Assembly (NCBI GenBank): GCA_965237955.1
Contig: OZ250169.1
Coordinates: 1,408,001-1,472,000 of the forward strand
Reading direction: 5' to 3'
DNA from: Candidatus Marinacidobacterales bacterium
Lineage (GTDB): Bacteria > Acidobacteriota > Vicinamibacteria > Marinacidobacterales > SMYC01
Length of the DNA: 64,000 nucleotides
In this document: positions 51,763 to 62,505 of the stretch, one piece after another
How positions within the stretch are numbered: position 1 is the stretch's first letter
How the letters are laid out: each line of letters starts with the position of its first letter
Translations under genes and position numbers: made by a program
Notes under the pieces: generated by a model
Told to the model about the DNA's origin: nothing
Database searches by the model: none
What the model saw: only the letters and a program-made list of their open reading frames with translations

Positions 51763-53577
51763 TCATTCCTCGCGCCGCTTCGGTCTCTGGTTCGCGGCCA
51801 GAATCCGCTTTCGGAGACGAATCGAGCTCGGGGTCGTCTCGACGAGCTCGTCGTCGCGGATGAACTCGAGCGCTTGCTCGAGATTGAGCTCACGATGAGG
51901 CGTTAGCTTCACGGCGATCTCGGCCGTCGACGAGCGCATGTTGGTGAGCTTCTTTTCCCGGGTGACGTTGACGTCGAGATCCGCGGGTCGGGAGTTCTCG
52001 CCAACGACCATCCCTTCGTAGACTTCCACTCCGGGTCCGATGAAGAGCGCGCCTCGATCTTCGAGGTTATGAAGCGCGTACGCGGTCGAGCTCCCACGCC
52101 TGTCGGCCACGAGCACCCCGGTCAAACGTTTGGGCACCGCACCTTGCCAATCGTCGTAACCATCGAAGAGCGTGTTGAGCACCGCCGTACCGCGTGTATC
52201 GGCAAGAAGCTCGCTCCGGATCCCGATGAGCCCTTGCGACGGGACGCGAAACTCAAGTCGCACGCGTCCCGAGCCGTGGTTCACCATGTGCGTCATCAAG
52301 CCCTTGCGGATACCAAGCTTCTCGACGACGACGCCTTGGAACGGCTCGGCGACGTCCACGAGCAGAATCTCGAAAGGTTCTTGCTTCTTGCCGTCGACCT
52401 CCCGCATCAGAACCTCGGGATTGCCGAGCGCGAGCTCGTAGCCTTCCCGCCGCATCGTTTCCACGAGGATCGCGAGCTGCAGCTCGCCGCGTCCGAAGAC
52501 TTTGAAAGAATCCGCCGAGTCCGTCGGCTCCATCTGCAGAGACACGTTCGTCAGAAGCTCTTTTTCGAGACGCTCTTTGATCTTGCGCGACGTCACCTGC
52601 TCGCCTTCCAGGCCGGCGAACGGAGACGTGTTGACCGAGAACACCATCGAAAGCGTGGGCTCGTCGATCCTGAGTCGCGGAAGCGCCGACGGCGTCTCGG
52701 CGCTGGTAACGGTGTCGCCAATCGCAATCCCGCCGACGCCAGCGATACACACGATATCGCCCGTGCGCGCTTCGTCGGTAGGTACGCGCTCGAGGCCAGA
52801 GAACGTAAACAGCTTCGTAATCTTGGTCGTCTCGACGGTGTCGTCGGCTTTGGCGATGCCGGCTTCGTCGCCCGCCGCAAGCGTCCCATGAGAGATGCGG
52901 CCAATCGCCAGACGACCCAAGTAGTCGTTGTAGTCCAGATTGGAGACCATGAGCTGGAGCGGTGCGGTCGCATCACCTTTCGGCGGTGGCAAGTGCTCCA
53001 AGATAGCGGCGAACATCCGTCTCATATCGGTGTCGTCTCCGTCCGGTTCGAGACGCACGGTGCCGCTGCGGGCGTTGGCGTACAGAATCGGAAACTCGAG
53101 CTGGTCCTCGGTGGCGTCGAGGTCGATGAAGAGGTCGTACACTTCGTTCACGACTTCCTGAACGCGCGCATCCTGCCGGTCGATCTTGTTGATCACCAAC
53201 ACCAACGGAAGTTTTAGCGCAAGGGCCTTGCCCAAGACGTATCGGGTTTGCGGTAAGGGGCCCTCGCTGGCGTCGACGAGCAGCATGACGCCATCGACCA
53301 TGCTGAGCGCGCGCTCGACCTCGCCGCCGAAATCCGCGTGACCCGGGGTGTCGACGATGTTGATTTTGACGCCTTGGTAGTGGATGGCCGTGTTCTTGGC
53401 AAGAATGGTGATGCCGCGCTCGCGCTCGAGATCCCCCGAGTCCATCACCCGCTCGCGCACTTCCTGGTTCTCCCGGAAAACGCCGCTTTGATGAAGAAGT
53501 GCGTCGACGAGCGTGGTCTTGCCGTGATCGACGTGGGCAATGATCGCGATGTTCCTTATGTTGTCGATGCTCTGCAC
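51763..53577 (-). CDS. typA: Translational GTPase TypA/BipA
   Basis: [37 protein letters not shown]. Confidence 0.97.
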   Translation of the reverse strand: MQSIDNIRNIAIIAHVDHGKTTLVDALLHQSGVFRENQEVRERVMDSGDLERERGITILAKNTAIHYQGVKINIVDTPGHADFGGEVERALSMVDGVMLLVDASEGPLPQTRYVLGKALALKLPLVLVINKIDRQDARVQEVVNEVYDLFIDLDATEDQLEFPILYANARSGTVRLEPDGDDTDMRRMFAAILEHLPPPKGDATAPLQLMVSNLDYNDYLGRLAIGRISHGTLAAGDEAGIAKADDTVETTKITKLFTFSGLERVPTDEARTGDIVCIAGVGGIAIGDTVTSAETPSALPRLRIDEPTLSMVFSVNTSPFAGLEGEQVTSRKIKERLEKELLTNVSLQMEPTDSADSFKVFGRGELQLAILVETMRREGYELALGNPEVLMREVDGKKQEPFEILLVDVAEPFQGVVVEKLGIRKGLMTHMVNHGSGRVRLEFRVPSQGLIGIRSELLADTRGTAVLNTLFDGYDDWQGAVPKRLTGVLVADRRGSSTAYALHNLEDRGALFIGPGVEVYEGMVVGENSRPADLDVNVTREKKLTNMRSSTAEIAVKLTPHRELNLEQALEFIRDDELVETTPSSIRLRKRILAANQRPKRREE

Positions 53578-53640
53578 AGGACGCGTATTATGACACGCCG
53601 ATTCATCGCCACCGTATTTCGTTCGATGACGTGAGCTACA

Positions 53641-54372
53641 ATGCTCAGCATGCGCCGGATCATCCTAAACGCCCCCATGGTGCTGCTGCTCTTGCAGAGC
53701 ACCGAGCCTGAAGAGACCTGTCTTCCTTGTGGCGGCGCCAATCACCGGGGGGTGGTGACGGTCCGTGACAAGCTTCAAGAAGCCTTCCGCCTGTCGATGA
53801 CCGTTCCCGATTGCGACGGAGCGGACAACCTCGAAACGTGCCGATCGATCGAGAGGCTCCTCGAAGAAACGTTCGACACTCTCGACGGCGTGGTTGCGGA
53901 AGGCGAGGCAGCGGGCTCGATCGACTGTGTGAGCTGCGACCCGAGGCCGCATTTGAGTCCGCTGATCTCGAGCTTCGAAACTGTCGCCGCCGTGCTCGTC
54001 GACCGAGGCTACACCGAGTTCGTGGGCAAGCAGATGCGCATGCAGCAGGAGATCGAGCTCTGGAAAGGCTACTCGTGCTGTGCGGCGAAGGCGAACCCTG
54101 CACGACCGCGCAAAAACCGCGAGATGGAAGCCCGCGCCGTGCTCACGGAAAAGTGTGGCGCCAACTTCGAGAAAAATCGCAGTGGTCTCAAGCAGGTCGT
54201 GAGGATGCCGGGTGATCGCCAGGGGTGTTTCCAATCACGCGCGTGCCGCGACGCGACCCAGCACAACGGCCAGTTCATGGAGGCCGGTTTTTGGACTTAC
54301 GACGGCGAGTACTGGTACATCTGGGAAGAGCGCAAAACGCCGCGCGGCAATTGGATCGACTGCAATCCCTAG
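53641..54372 (+). CDS. Hypothetical Cys-rich exported protein
   Basis: Hydrophobic N-terminus, CLPC and CVSC motifs, [14 protein letters not shown]-terminus. Confidence 0.6.
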   Translation: MLSMRRIILNAPMVLLLLQSTEPEETCLPCGGANHRGVVTVRDKLQEAFRLSMTVPDCDGADNLETCRSIERLLEETFDTLDGVVAEGEAAGSIDCVSCDPRPHLSPLISSFETVAAVLVDRGYTEFVGKQMRMQQEIELWKGYSCCAAKANPARPRKNREMEARAVLTEKCGANFEKNRSGLKQVVRMPGDRQGCFQSRACRDATQHNGQFMEAGFWTYDGEYWYIWEERKTPRGNWIDCNP

Positions 54373-54702
54373 CTACTTCGCGGGAAGCGTCTTGGTGAAG
54401 GCGACCGCGCGCTTGACCCAGCCTCGCAGATCTTCGTCGGTCTTGTAACCGGCGGGCCGCAGGTACACCATGCTCGCGAGCGGCGTCCCAGTGAAATCCA
54501 TCTCGCGTGTATGCCGCTCCTCGAGCGCCTTCCCGGCGCCCTCTTTGCCGAGTCGCAAAACGACGTTCTTGTCGATGACACCGCAGCACATGTTGCCATT
54601 CATCAAGAACGCGAGACCGCCGAACATTTTTCGTTCGGTGATCCCCTTCCGGCGCGCGAGCGTTTCCCGCAAACGGGCGGCCACATCTTCGTTGTAGGCC
54701 AT
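54373..54702 (-). CDS. TfoX N-terminal-domain protein
   Basis: MAY.E..A.R.R, E.KMFGGLAF..NGNM. Confidence 0.85.
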   Translation of the reverse strand: MAYNEDVAARLRETLARRKGITERKMFGGLAFLMNGNMCCGVIDKNVVLRLGKEGAGKALEERHTREMDFTGTPLASMVYLRPAGYKTDEDLRGWVKRAVAFTKTLPAK

Positions 54703-54705
54703 CGA

Positions 54706-55119
54706 TCAAGCCTCCTGTAGTTTCGCTCGGTACACCAACCCGATCGCGAGTCCTACGATCGCGAACTGCACGACAAAGTAGGCCGTCTCGATGCCAAGCC
54801 ATATCGCAAGCGAGCTGACCTCGTGCTTCGCTGCCGCGGCGATGACTTGGCTACTCCAAAGGAACAGGCCCATGAGAAGGCCGAACTTCACTCCTGCCTG
54901 GACTGCACTCGGGCCGCGATAGATGAGCGGGAAAGCATACGAAAGAAAAAGTCCTTGAATGAGGATGGCGACGAAGCCGAGTGCCAGGATCGGCTGTTCG
55001 CGGTACATTCCGAGCTTGTCATAGATGCCTTTGAACACCACCATGTGCCAAACGAACGCGAGCGGAAACGTAACCAGGAGATAGGAAAGTGCACCTCGTA
55101 CATACGTTTTCATGTTCAT
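54706..55119 (-). CDS. Four-TM membrane protein (DUF1761-like)
   Basis: WH.V.F...Y, four hydrophobic helices; cotranscribed with ArsR/SRPBCC. Confidence 0.65.
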   Translation of the reverse strand: MNMKTYVRGALSYLLVTFPLAFVWHMVVFKGIYDKLGMYREQPILALGFVAILIQGLFLSYAFPLIYRGPSAVQAGVKFGLLMGLFLWSSQVIAAAAKHEVSSLAIWLGIETAYFVVQFAIVGLAIGLVYRAKLQEA

Positions 55120-55121
55120 GC

Positions 55122-55571
55122 TCAATGCTCCTCGGTCAGCAATGTCTCGAGGCGGTCAAACGTCGTCGCCCACCCCGCTTCGTGCCGATCTCTCGATTCG
55201 TTGGTTGGGAACCGGTCGTGCGATACCACGACCTCCGTTTCCGCACCGTCCTCGCGCAAAACGATGGTGACCAACGTCTCGATCCCGGCGTGTGGATCGG
55301 GCGCCTCCCACGTCCAAGTGAACGCGAGCCGCTCGGGCGGCTCCAGTTCCCGGAACGCACCACGCACGGTGTCGCGCTTGCCGTCAGCGAAAATGAATTC
55401 CAGTCGATACGATCCCCCGACGCGCAAGTCGTGCTCGAGAACTTCGGTCCCGATGTCCACGCTCGGCGAGAACCAGCGTACGAGCTGCTCGGGATCGGTA
55501 AACGCCCGAAACACTTCTTCTCGCGACGCGCGGAAACGTCGCCGGATGAAAACGCCGAGCTGACTAGCCAC
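55122..55571 (-). CDS. SRPBCC/AHSA1-domain protein
   Basis: E.VF.AFTDP....W, DLRVGG.Y, PPERL.FTW, H..GW. Confidence 0.88.
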   Translation of the reverse strand: MASQLGVFIRRRFRASREEVFRAFTDPEQLVRWFSPSVDIGTEVLEHDLRVGGSYRLEFIFADGKRDTVRGAFRELEPPERLAFTWTWEAPDPHAGIETLVTIVLREDGAETEVVVSHDRFPTNESRDRHEAGWATTFDRLETLLTEEH

Positions 55572-55878
55572 GATCACCCAACAGGTCGCCCAACCGCTCG
55601 AGCGTCCCCTCCCAGAAGTCCCGGTGGCGCGCAATCCACGCTTCGGCTTCCCGCATTCTCCTCTCGACCAAGCGAAACCGGTGGGTTCGCCCATCGATAC
55701 GGCGCTCGAGAAGCCCGGCTTGCTCAAGAACTCGCAGATGCTTCGACGCGGTGGGTTGAGAGACCTCGAACGGCGACCCGAGCTCGGAGGCCGTCAGCTC
55801 ACCGCGCCGGGAGAGCATCGACAACATGCCTCGGCGGGTGCCGTCACTCAAAGCGTGGAACGTGCGATCCAAATACAT
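55564..55878 (-). CDS. ArsR/SmtB-family regulator
   Basis: F.ALSD.TRR, SQP..SKHLRVLE.AGL. Confidence 0.9.
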   Translation of the reverse strand: MYLDRTFHALSDGTRRGMLSMLSRRGELTASELGSPFEVSQPTASKHLRVLEQAGLLERRIDGRTHRFRLVERRMREAEAWIARHRDFWEGTLERLGDLLGDRG

Positions 55879-56038
55879 AGCCAACTGGCTATATATTAGA
55901 CCAAACTCGAAGAAGAAGCAAGGTTTTTTCAGCATCTGGCTATCCGCCGTCCGCTATCCGCTACTACGCGGCTTCACACGGTTTCGAGTGCCACCGGACA
56001 GCGGGAAGCGGATAGCGGGTAGCGACATCGGCACTACG

Positions 56039-56565
56039 TTAAGGAGTCAACCAAGCCGTCAGCGGTTTGAACCGTCCGTTGTCGAGCTCACAGATGAAGC
56101 CCGCCTTCTGCGCGTGATGGTCGGTCTCCGAGATGCTGACCGGGGGCAGGATCCCGCCGCTATCCCAATTGCGGATCGACTCCATGGCGTCGAGAAATTT
56201 GTCGCGGGTGAGGTCTTCGCCGCGCTCGAGTCCTTCCACGACGAGCTTGGCGAACACGTACCCGTACAGTGAGTAGCGGTTGAGCTCGTGGCCGGGAAAA
56301 TACGTTGCCATGAGCTTGCGATATTCCACGATCCCGGGCGCGTCGTTCTCGTTCGGATCCGGGTAGTGACAAAAGCCCAGGGTTCCCTCCGCATGCCCAC
56401 CTTCGACGTTCAAGTACTGCTCGTCGGTAAGGGGGCCAGACGAGACCAGGCGCACGTCGGTCCAACCGAGGCTCGCTTTTGCTTCCATACCTTTCTCGCC
56501 CCCGCCGGAAGAGGGCCATGATCACGACGTCCGGTTCCTGTTCGCGAAGCGCTCGCATTCGGTGA
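56039..56565 (-). pseudogene. C-terminal part of a branched-chain-type ABC substrate-binding protein
   Basis: EPDVVI, SLYGY, LTR..F..AME, P....TDH; N-terminus absent. Confidence 0.65.
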
Positions 56566-56673
56566 CGCCCTGAGCGACCAGGAGCAAGAACAAAAGAGTC
56601 TGCATGACGCCGCAGCATAGCCAACTGGAGGCCGAATTTGCTACCGTGGTTTTGAAGCTTGACGGAGGTAGAC

Positions 56674-57036
56674 ATGCCCGCATATACGCCAGGACCGTGG
56701 CGCACCGGTTTCGAAGACGGCACGGGGTGGATGGACGACGAGGACGGCGGGTGGATCATCGGGTTCGAAGAAGAAGTCGTCGTCGCCGGGGGGAGCCATG
56801 AAGGCCTCAAATACGGTGTCCCCGACGAGCACAACGGGCTTCTGATTGCGGCCGCTCCCGAGTTGCTCGAAGCAGCCAAACGCGCCTATGCGTTCTTCAA
56901 GGTTCTGGCAGAGAAAAAAGCAGCGGAAACGGGCGAGACGGACGTCGAGAAATGCATGGAGCCCGAAGCGCTCTTGCTGCGCGAGGTCTTGGAACGCGCC
57001 GAGCGACCACAGCTGCCCGACAACGGCGTCCCTTGA
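56674..57036 (+). CDS. Phage-type hypothetical protein
   Basis: GGAGG RBS; TPGPW ... N..LIAAAPELLEA motif pair. Confidence 0.6.
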   Translation: MPAYTPGPWRTGFEDGTGWMDDEDGGWIIGFEEEVVVAGGSHEGLKYGVPDEHNGLLIAAAPELLEAAKRAYAFFKVLAEKKAAETGETDVEKCMEPEALLLREVLERAERPQLPDNGVP

Positions 57037-57194
57037 CGGACATGAGATTTTCTTAGGATGAAAGCGACCAGCTCGTCCCTTTGGAACGACTATCGTGAGG
57101 GGAGCCGTTTCTTCATCAAAGAGGAGACGTCTACGAATGACGACAACGAACTTGGAATAACTCGCCTCCGTCAATTACCCAAGCTTGTTTTTCC

Positions 57195-57384
57195 GGGAAA
57201 GAAAAACTCACCGCAAAGGCGCGGAGGACGCAGAGATTCGCAGAGGGGAAAAACAAGGGTGGAAGTCGCTGTGCGAAAGAACACCTGGTACCGATTTGCT
57301 TTTTTTCGACCTTGGGTCCTAGCGTTGTTTTCCTCTGCGTTTCCTTTGCGTCCTCTGCGCCTCTGAGGTGATCTTTTCTTTTCC
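57195..57384. repeat. Long imperfect inverted-repeat element
   Basis: TCACCGCAAAGGCGCGGAGGACGCAGAG..CGCAGAGG versus CCTCTGCG..CTTTGCGTCCTCTGCGCCTCTGAGGTGA. Confidence 0.7.
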
Positions 57385-57386
57385 AG

Positions 57387-57422
57387 AAAAAAAGCCTCGC
57401 CGCGCGGAGGCGACGAGGCTTT
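57387..57422 (-). terminator. Intrinsic terminator of the cold-shock gene
   Basis: AAAGCCTCG...CGAGGCTTT stem followed by a U-run on the minus strand. Confidence 0.75.
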
Positions 57423-57438
57423 CGTGAAAGAGATTCGA

Positions 57439-57639
57439 CTACAGGGGCTTCACATTCGCAGCCTGGGGTCCCTTGGGGCCCTGGGTGATCTCGAACTCAA
57501 CTCGCTCGCCTTCTTGGAGCGATTTGAAGCCTGTGCCGACAATAGCCGAGTGGTGAACGAACACGTCGGGGCCGTCTTCACGCTGGATGAAGCCGAAACC
57601 CTTGCTGTCGTTGAACCACTTCACAGTACCTTCCGCCAT
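57439..57639 (-). CDS. cspA: Cold-shock protein
   Basis: [28 protein letters not shown]; GGAGG RBS. Confidence 0.95.
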   Translation of the reverse strand: MAEGTVKWFNDSKGFGFIQREDGPDVFVHHSAIVGTGFKSLQEGERVEFEITQGPKGPQAANVKPL

Positions 57640-57846
57640 GCTAGGTCTACCTCCTTTCTTCAAAATTTAACCCGGCCGAAGCCGGGGTATTGTGTAGACC
57701 TCGCACTGGCAACAACAAAAAAGACCGCAAGGCGATGTTTTCTCCCTGCGGTCCACTGCTGGTACAGGTAGAGAAAAACTACACTCTACAAAGAAAACAC
57801 TACCGCGTGTTTGGACTGGTGTCAAAGGTCAACCTGGACTCGGTGA

Positions 57847-57880
57847 GCAGCCATCGGCCATCAGCCGTCAGCCATCAGCC
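57847..57880. repeat. CAGCCAT heptamer array
   Basis: cagccat cggccat cagccgt cagccat cagcc. Confidence 0.75.
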
Positions 57881-57934
57881 GGCGCCCGCTTGCGCGCCGG
57901 AGCCGCGGGTCGGCATGATCCCTATGTGCGACCC

Positions 57935-58406
57935 CAGTCACTTCCGGTTATCGACATCACCGCCGCCAGTGCGCCGGGGGCAATCCGGGAGGCTTGTCAG
58001 GACGGTGGCTTCTTTTTACGTCGTGGGGCATGGGGTCGATGAGGCGCTCTCGACGGGGTTAGAAGAACTGAGCCGCGAGTTCTTTGAGAAACCGAGCTCC
58101 GAGAAGCTCGCCATCGGCATGGAGCTCGGCGGCCGGGCGTGGGGTGGCTATTTCCCCGTGGGCGACGAGCTGACGTCCGGGAGTCCCGATCAGAAGGAGG
58201 GCATCTACTTCGGCGCCGAGCTTCCGGCGAGTCATCCGAAAGTCGTCGCCGGCACGCCGCTCCACGGTGCCAATCTCTTTCCTGATGGCATGCCCGGCTT
58301 CCGTGAGACCGTGCTCGACTATATCGATGTCCTGACGGGACTCGGCCACAGGATCATCGAGGCCGTCGCGCTGAGCCTCGGCCTCGACGCGGCCTACTTA
58401 TCATGA
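57935..58406 (+). pseudogene. Isopenicillin-N-synthase-like 2OG/Fe dioxygenase, N-terminal fragment
   Basis: LPVIDI, FYVVGHGV, GYFPVG.ELTSG.PD.KEG.YFG, HG.NLFP; catalytic half missing. Confidence 0.75.
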
Positions 58407-58451
58407 GTTTTTCCCGGGCTTCGACGCGACGTGCTTTGATGGAGCTACGCC

Positions 58452-59339
58452 TTGCCTGATATCGAGACCGAGCTCGTCGCGCCGGAAGGTTACAACCTGC
58501 GGCGAACGATGTCGGGGTCGCGCCTCGGCGCCTACGATCCCGCAACCCGCATCGAAGAGGGCGCCATCGCACTCGCGCTGCGAACACCGGAAGGCACCGC
58601 GAGCGTGGCGGTGGCTCAGCGAGACGGAACCCTCGAAGTCCAAGGTTGGGGCGACGGCGCGCGGTGGCTCCTCCCCCACCTTCACGGACTCCTTGGCTTG
58701 GAAGACGACCCGAGCTCGTTCACACCGGAAGACGGCGTGGTGAGGAAGCTAAAGCGTCAGTTCATGGGAACGCATCTCCCGAAGTTTCCTCGCGTTTTTG
58801 ATCGTGTCGTGCGCGTGACGCTTCTCCAAGTCGTAACCTGGCAGGAGGCGTGCCGCTCATGGGGACGTTTGGTGCGCGAGCTCGGCGAAGACGCTCCAGG
58901 ACCTCTCGACGTCCGCCTGCCACCGTCGGTCGAAACGCTGAGGTCGACGCCGGACTACGCTCTCATCGCCCTCGGCATCCGGCCGAAGCAAGCGCGCACG
59001 GTCCTGCGCATCGCCAAATACGCGTCGCGCATCGAAGCCGCCGCCGAGTCAGGCGCTCCCGCCCTCGCCACTTTACTCGGAGCCCTTCCCGGCATCGGGC
59101 CGTGGACGATCGCGTACGTTCAGGGAAACGCACTTGGTTGTCCCGACGTCGTTCTCCTCGGCGACTACAATCTTCCCCACACCGTAGCCTACGTTCTCGC
59201 GGGAGAACCGCGTGCCTCGGAGGAGCGGATGCTCGAGCTCTTGGAGCCCTATCGTGGGCACCGCTTCCGAGTGATCCGTCTTTTGTGGATGAACGGTGTT
59301 TCAGCGCCGCGTCGAGGACCACGACACCAAGTCGGGTGA
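58452..59339 (+). CDS. AlkA-like HhH-GPD DNA glycosylase
   Basis: TPEG, L.Q.VT..EA, LPGIGPWT, G.PD....GDY. Confidence 0.82.
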   Translation: MPDIETELVAPEGYNLRRTMSGSRLGAYDPATRIEEGAIALALRTPEGTASVAVAQRDGTLEVQGWGDGARWLLPHLHGLLGLEDDPSSFTPEDGVVRKLKRQFMGTHLPKFPRVFDRVVRVTLLQVVTWQEACRSWGRLVRELGEDAPGPLDVRLPPSVETLRSTPDYALIALGIRPKQARTVLRIAKYASRIEAAAESGAPALATLLGALPGIGPWTIAYVQGNALGCPDVVLLGDYNLPHTVAYVLAGEPRASEERMLELLEPYRGHRFRVIRLLWMNGVSAPRRGPRHQVG

Positions 59340-59346
59340 TATCGAG

Positions 59347-60825
59347 ATGCCGTACCGTGCCGCTGTCTCCTTCGTGCGATGGGTGCTCCGTGTCTTTTTT
59401 CGCAAGATGGAAGTCACGGGTCTCGAGAACGTTCCCGAAGAAGGCGGCGGGCTCGTCGTCTCGTGGCATCCCAACGCGCTCGTCGACGCCGCGCTCATTC
59501 TGATCTTTTTCCCGCGGAAGATCGTCTTCGGGGCGCGACACGGCCTCTTCAGCTGGCCGCTTCTCGGCCGTCTCATGCGCGCGCTCGGAACCGTACCGGT
59601 CTATCGACGGCAAGACTTTCCCGGCGGCGACCCCGGCGGCGATGATGACGCGCGGCGCACGGCAAACCAAAAAAGCCTCGACTCACTCGCGGACGCTGTT
59701 GCGGGCGGCGCGTTCTGCGCGCTCTTTCCCGAAGGCGACAGCCACGACGAGCCGGCGCCGACGGAGCTCAAGACCGGAGCAGCACGGCTCTACTACCGGG
59801 CCGAGGAGCTCACAGCCACCGACGCGCCACCGACGGTGATCATTCCCGTCGGGCTTCACTACGACAAGAAGCGCGTTTTGGGCTCGAGCGCGCTCGTCGC
59901 AATCCATCCTCCGCTCGAGTTGAGCACGGGAGTCTCCGAGCCGCCACCGCCGGACGCGTCCTTTGACGACAAGCGGGTGCGCTACCGCGAGCTCACCGAC
60001 GAGATCGAGGCGACGCTTCACGAAGTCGTGCATGCGACCGAAAGCTGGGAGCACCATCACGCGCTCCATCGGGTCCGCAAGATCATGCGCGCCGAGCGCG
60101 CCCATCGTGTCGGTGCGACCTTGAAGCGTCCCGACATGAAAGAACGCGTGCTCGCGTTCTCGCGCCTCGTTGCCGGTTACAACGAAAGGGCGCGCACGCA
60201 TCCGCAAGAGGTCGAGCATCTGTTTGCGCGTGTTCGCGAATACGATGAAGACCTCAGAGAGCTCGGTATGAATGACCACGAGCTCGACGCGCCGCCCCGG
60301 CTCGCATCGCCATGGCTCGCGGCGATTCTCCTGGGCCAAGCCGTGCTCGTGTATTTGCTCCTGCCTCCCATTCTGATCCTCGGCTACGTCACCAATCTGC
60401 CGGCAGCCCTCGTCGTATGGGCGGTCGCAAAGTCAGCTGCACGAAAGCACAAGGATGAAGCGTCACTCAAGCTCGTCGCCGGCGTCATCGCTTTCCCTCT
60501 GACGTGGCTCGTGGTCGCGTTTCTCGTAGCTTTGGGGAATCGAGCTCTACAGATAATCTACCCGGATATTCCAGGAGCCCCGTTGGTGACCGGTCTCATC
60601 GCATTTTGCTTGAGCGCCACCGGCGCTTTTGTCGCGCTCAACTATCAACGCTACGCGCGCCAAACGCTCCGATCGCTCAACGTGCGCCTGACACGCGTTC
60701 GCCGGAAGCGGACGCTGGCGCATCTGCGCCAAGAACGCGCCGAGCTCTACGACGCTTTCGTCGAGCTCGGTCGCGGACTCGACTTGCCCGGCACTCTCGC
60801 CCCCGATGGGCGGGTAACCAACTGA
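59347..60825 (+). CDS. PlsC-family acyltransferase with C-terminal TMs
   Basis: HPNALVD, PVYR, FPEG.SH, LKTGAAR. Confidence 0.88.
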   Translation: MPYRAAVSFVRWVLRVFFRKMEVTGLENVPEEGGGLVVSWHPNALVDAALILIFFPRKIVFGARHGLFSWPLLGRLMRALGTVPVYRRQDFPGGDPGGDDDARRTANQKSLDSLADAVAGGAFCALFPEGDSHDEPAPTELKTGAARLYYRAEELTATDAPPTVIIPVGLHYDKKRVLGSSALVAIHPPLELSTGVSEPPPPDASFDDKRVRYRELTDEIEATLHEVVHATESWEHHHALHRVRKIMRAERAHRVGATLKRPDMKERVLAFSRLVAGYNERARTHPQEVEHLFARVREYDEDLRELGMNDHELDAPPRLASPWLAAILLGQAVLVYLLLPPILILGYVTNLPAALVVWAVAKSAARKHKDEASLKLVAGVIAFPLTWLVVAFLVALGNRALQIIYPDIPGAPLVTGLIAFCLSATGAFVALNYQRYARQTLRSLNVRLTRVRRKRTLAHLRQERAELYDAFVELGRGLDLPGTLAPDGRVTN

Positions 60826-60954
60826 GGGGAAGTTGCCTCTTCTGTAGGTTTTTCCCCATGGCTTCCGAAGGCTCGACCGCCATAAACCCATGACAGAAAG
60901 CAGTTTTGCTTCGCGCCAATCTTGGCGCTCGGTTTGCAATGACAACACTCTGCC

Positions 60955-62457
60955 ATGGGACTCAAAGTCAGACCCCCTCAGGGAAGGCTCGAGACGGCCG
61001 TACTGCCACGCATCGTGCGCGACCTCTGGAGAGCCGAAGCCACGGGCATCTTGCACCTGTGGAACAAAGACGCGAGCAAACGCATCGTGTTCAACCATGG
61101 CGACATCGTCTTTGCCGGGACGAATCAAGAGCACGAGCGGCTCGGCGAGCGGCTGATACGGGCCGGTAAGATCAAACGTTCGGTGCTCGATCTGTCGTTC
61201 CGGGTCATGGAGCGCTCGAACGAGCGTTTCGGGAAGACCGTGGTCGATCTCGGCTGGGTCAGCCCAATGGAGATGCAGCGCGCGGTCGCAGCGCAGATCA
61301 AGGACATCATCTATTCCGTTTTCACTTGGTACGAGGGCGACTAACGCTTCGAAGTATCCAACGATCCCGTGTCCGATGACCTCGCGCTCGAGCTTCACAC
61401 CGCCGAGGTCATCTACGAGGGTGCGTGTCGGATCAGCGACTTGGCCGCGATCCGCGCCGGTGTGGGGTCGTGGAAGAACACCTTGGTGCTCACCGACGGC
61501 AAGCGGCTCGGCATTCCAGTAACTCAGGACGATGGCTACATCCTGTCGCGTGTCGACGGCATGGCCAGCATCGGCGACATCGTTGCCACCTCGCCTCTCG
61601 GAGAAGAGGAAACCCTGCGCCGAATGTACGCGCTGTTGCTCGCCGGCGTGGTCGAGATTGGAGACCCGGAAAAGCGTCCGCACGAGGTTACCGTGGTTGA
61701 GGAGGACACGGTCACCGAAGACGAACGACATTTTCGTGACGCCGTGCTCGCCCGCCACGCCGCGCTCGAATTCGGAAACTACTACGACAGGCTCGGCGTC
61801 GACCTCGACGCATCCGGGAAGAGGGTGCGTGCCGCCTACGAAGAGGTCATGGCGTCGCTCGAGCCACAGGCCGCGTATCGGGATCGCATCGGCGATATCG
61901 AAAAAAAGCGGGCCAATGTTCGGCGGAAGGTTCGGGAGGCCTACGAAGTCCTCAGCGTCGCCGAAACTCGGTGGCAGTACGAACGGAGCTTCGCGAATAC
62001 GTCGCCCGAGTCGACGCTCGCGGCCCACACCGTGGCGCGCCATCCCTGCGACTCCCGCACGGACTGGGCGCAAACGCTCGTGCCCGGTTCGTCGCCCAAG
62101 AAAGAGCAAGCCGAGCTTCTCTTCCTGGAGGCGAAGCGCTTGTACAACGACGGCGACTACTTCGACGCCATCGCATCTCTCAACGAGGTACTGAATCTGG
62201 AGCCCAGCAGTGGTCAGTACAATCGACTCCTCGCCCAATGGCTCGCGCAGAACCCCGGTTGCCGGGAAGCGTCGCAGGAGCACTTCGAACGCGCCATCGA
62301 GCTCGACGCCCAAGACCTGGAAGCGTATCTCGGCCTCGCAGCGCTTCACGAAGAAGCGAGCCAGAAAGATAAGGCTTCCCCGCTCTACGAGCACATCCTC
62401 ACCCTCGACCCAGACAACAGAGTCGCACTCGAAAAACTCGAGCACCGCGCGAGCTAA
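60955..62457 (+). pseudogene. DUF4388 + J-domain-like + TPR protein with an in-frame stop at 61342
   Basis: TG.L.L, RLGE.L...G, F.W.EG.(stop)RF; NYY..LGV and EAYEVL; TPRs; both ORFs are in the same frame. Confidence 0.7.
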
Positions 62458-62505
62458 GCTCTCTAACTGGCCGATGGCTGACGGCCGATGGCCGATGGCG
62501 AATCG

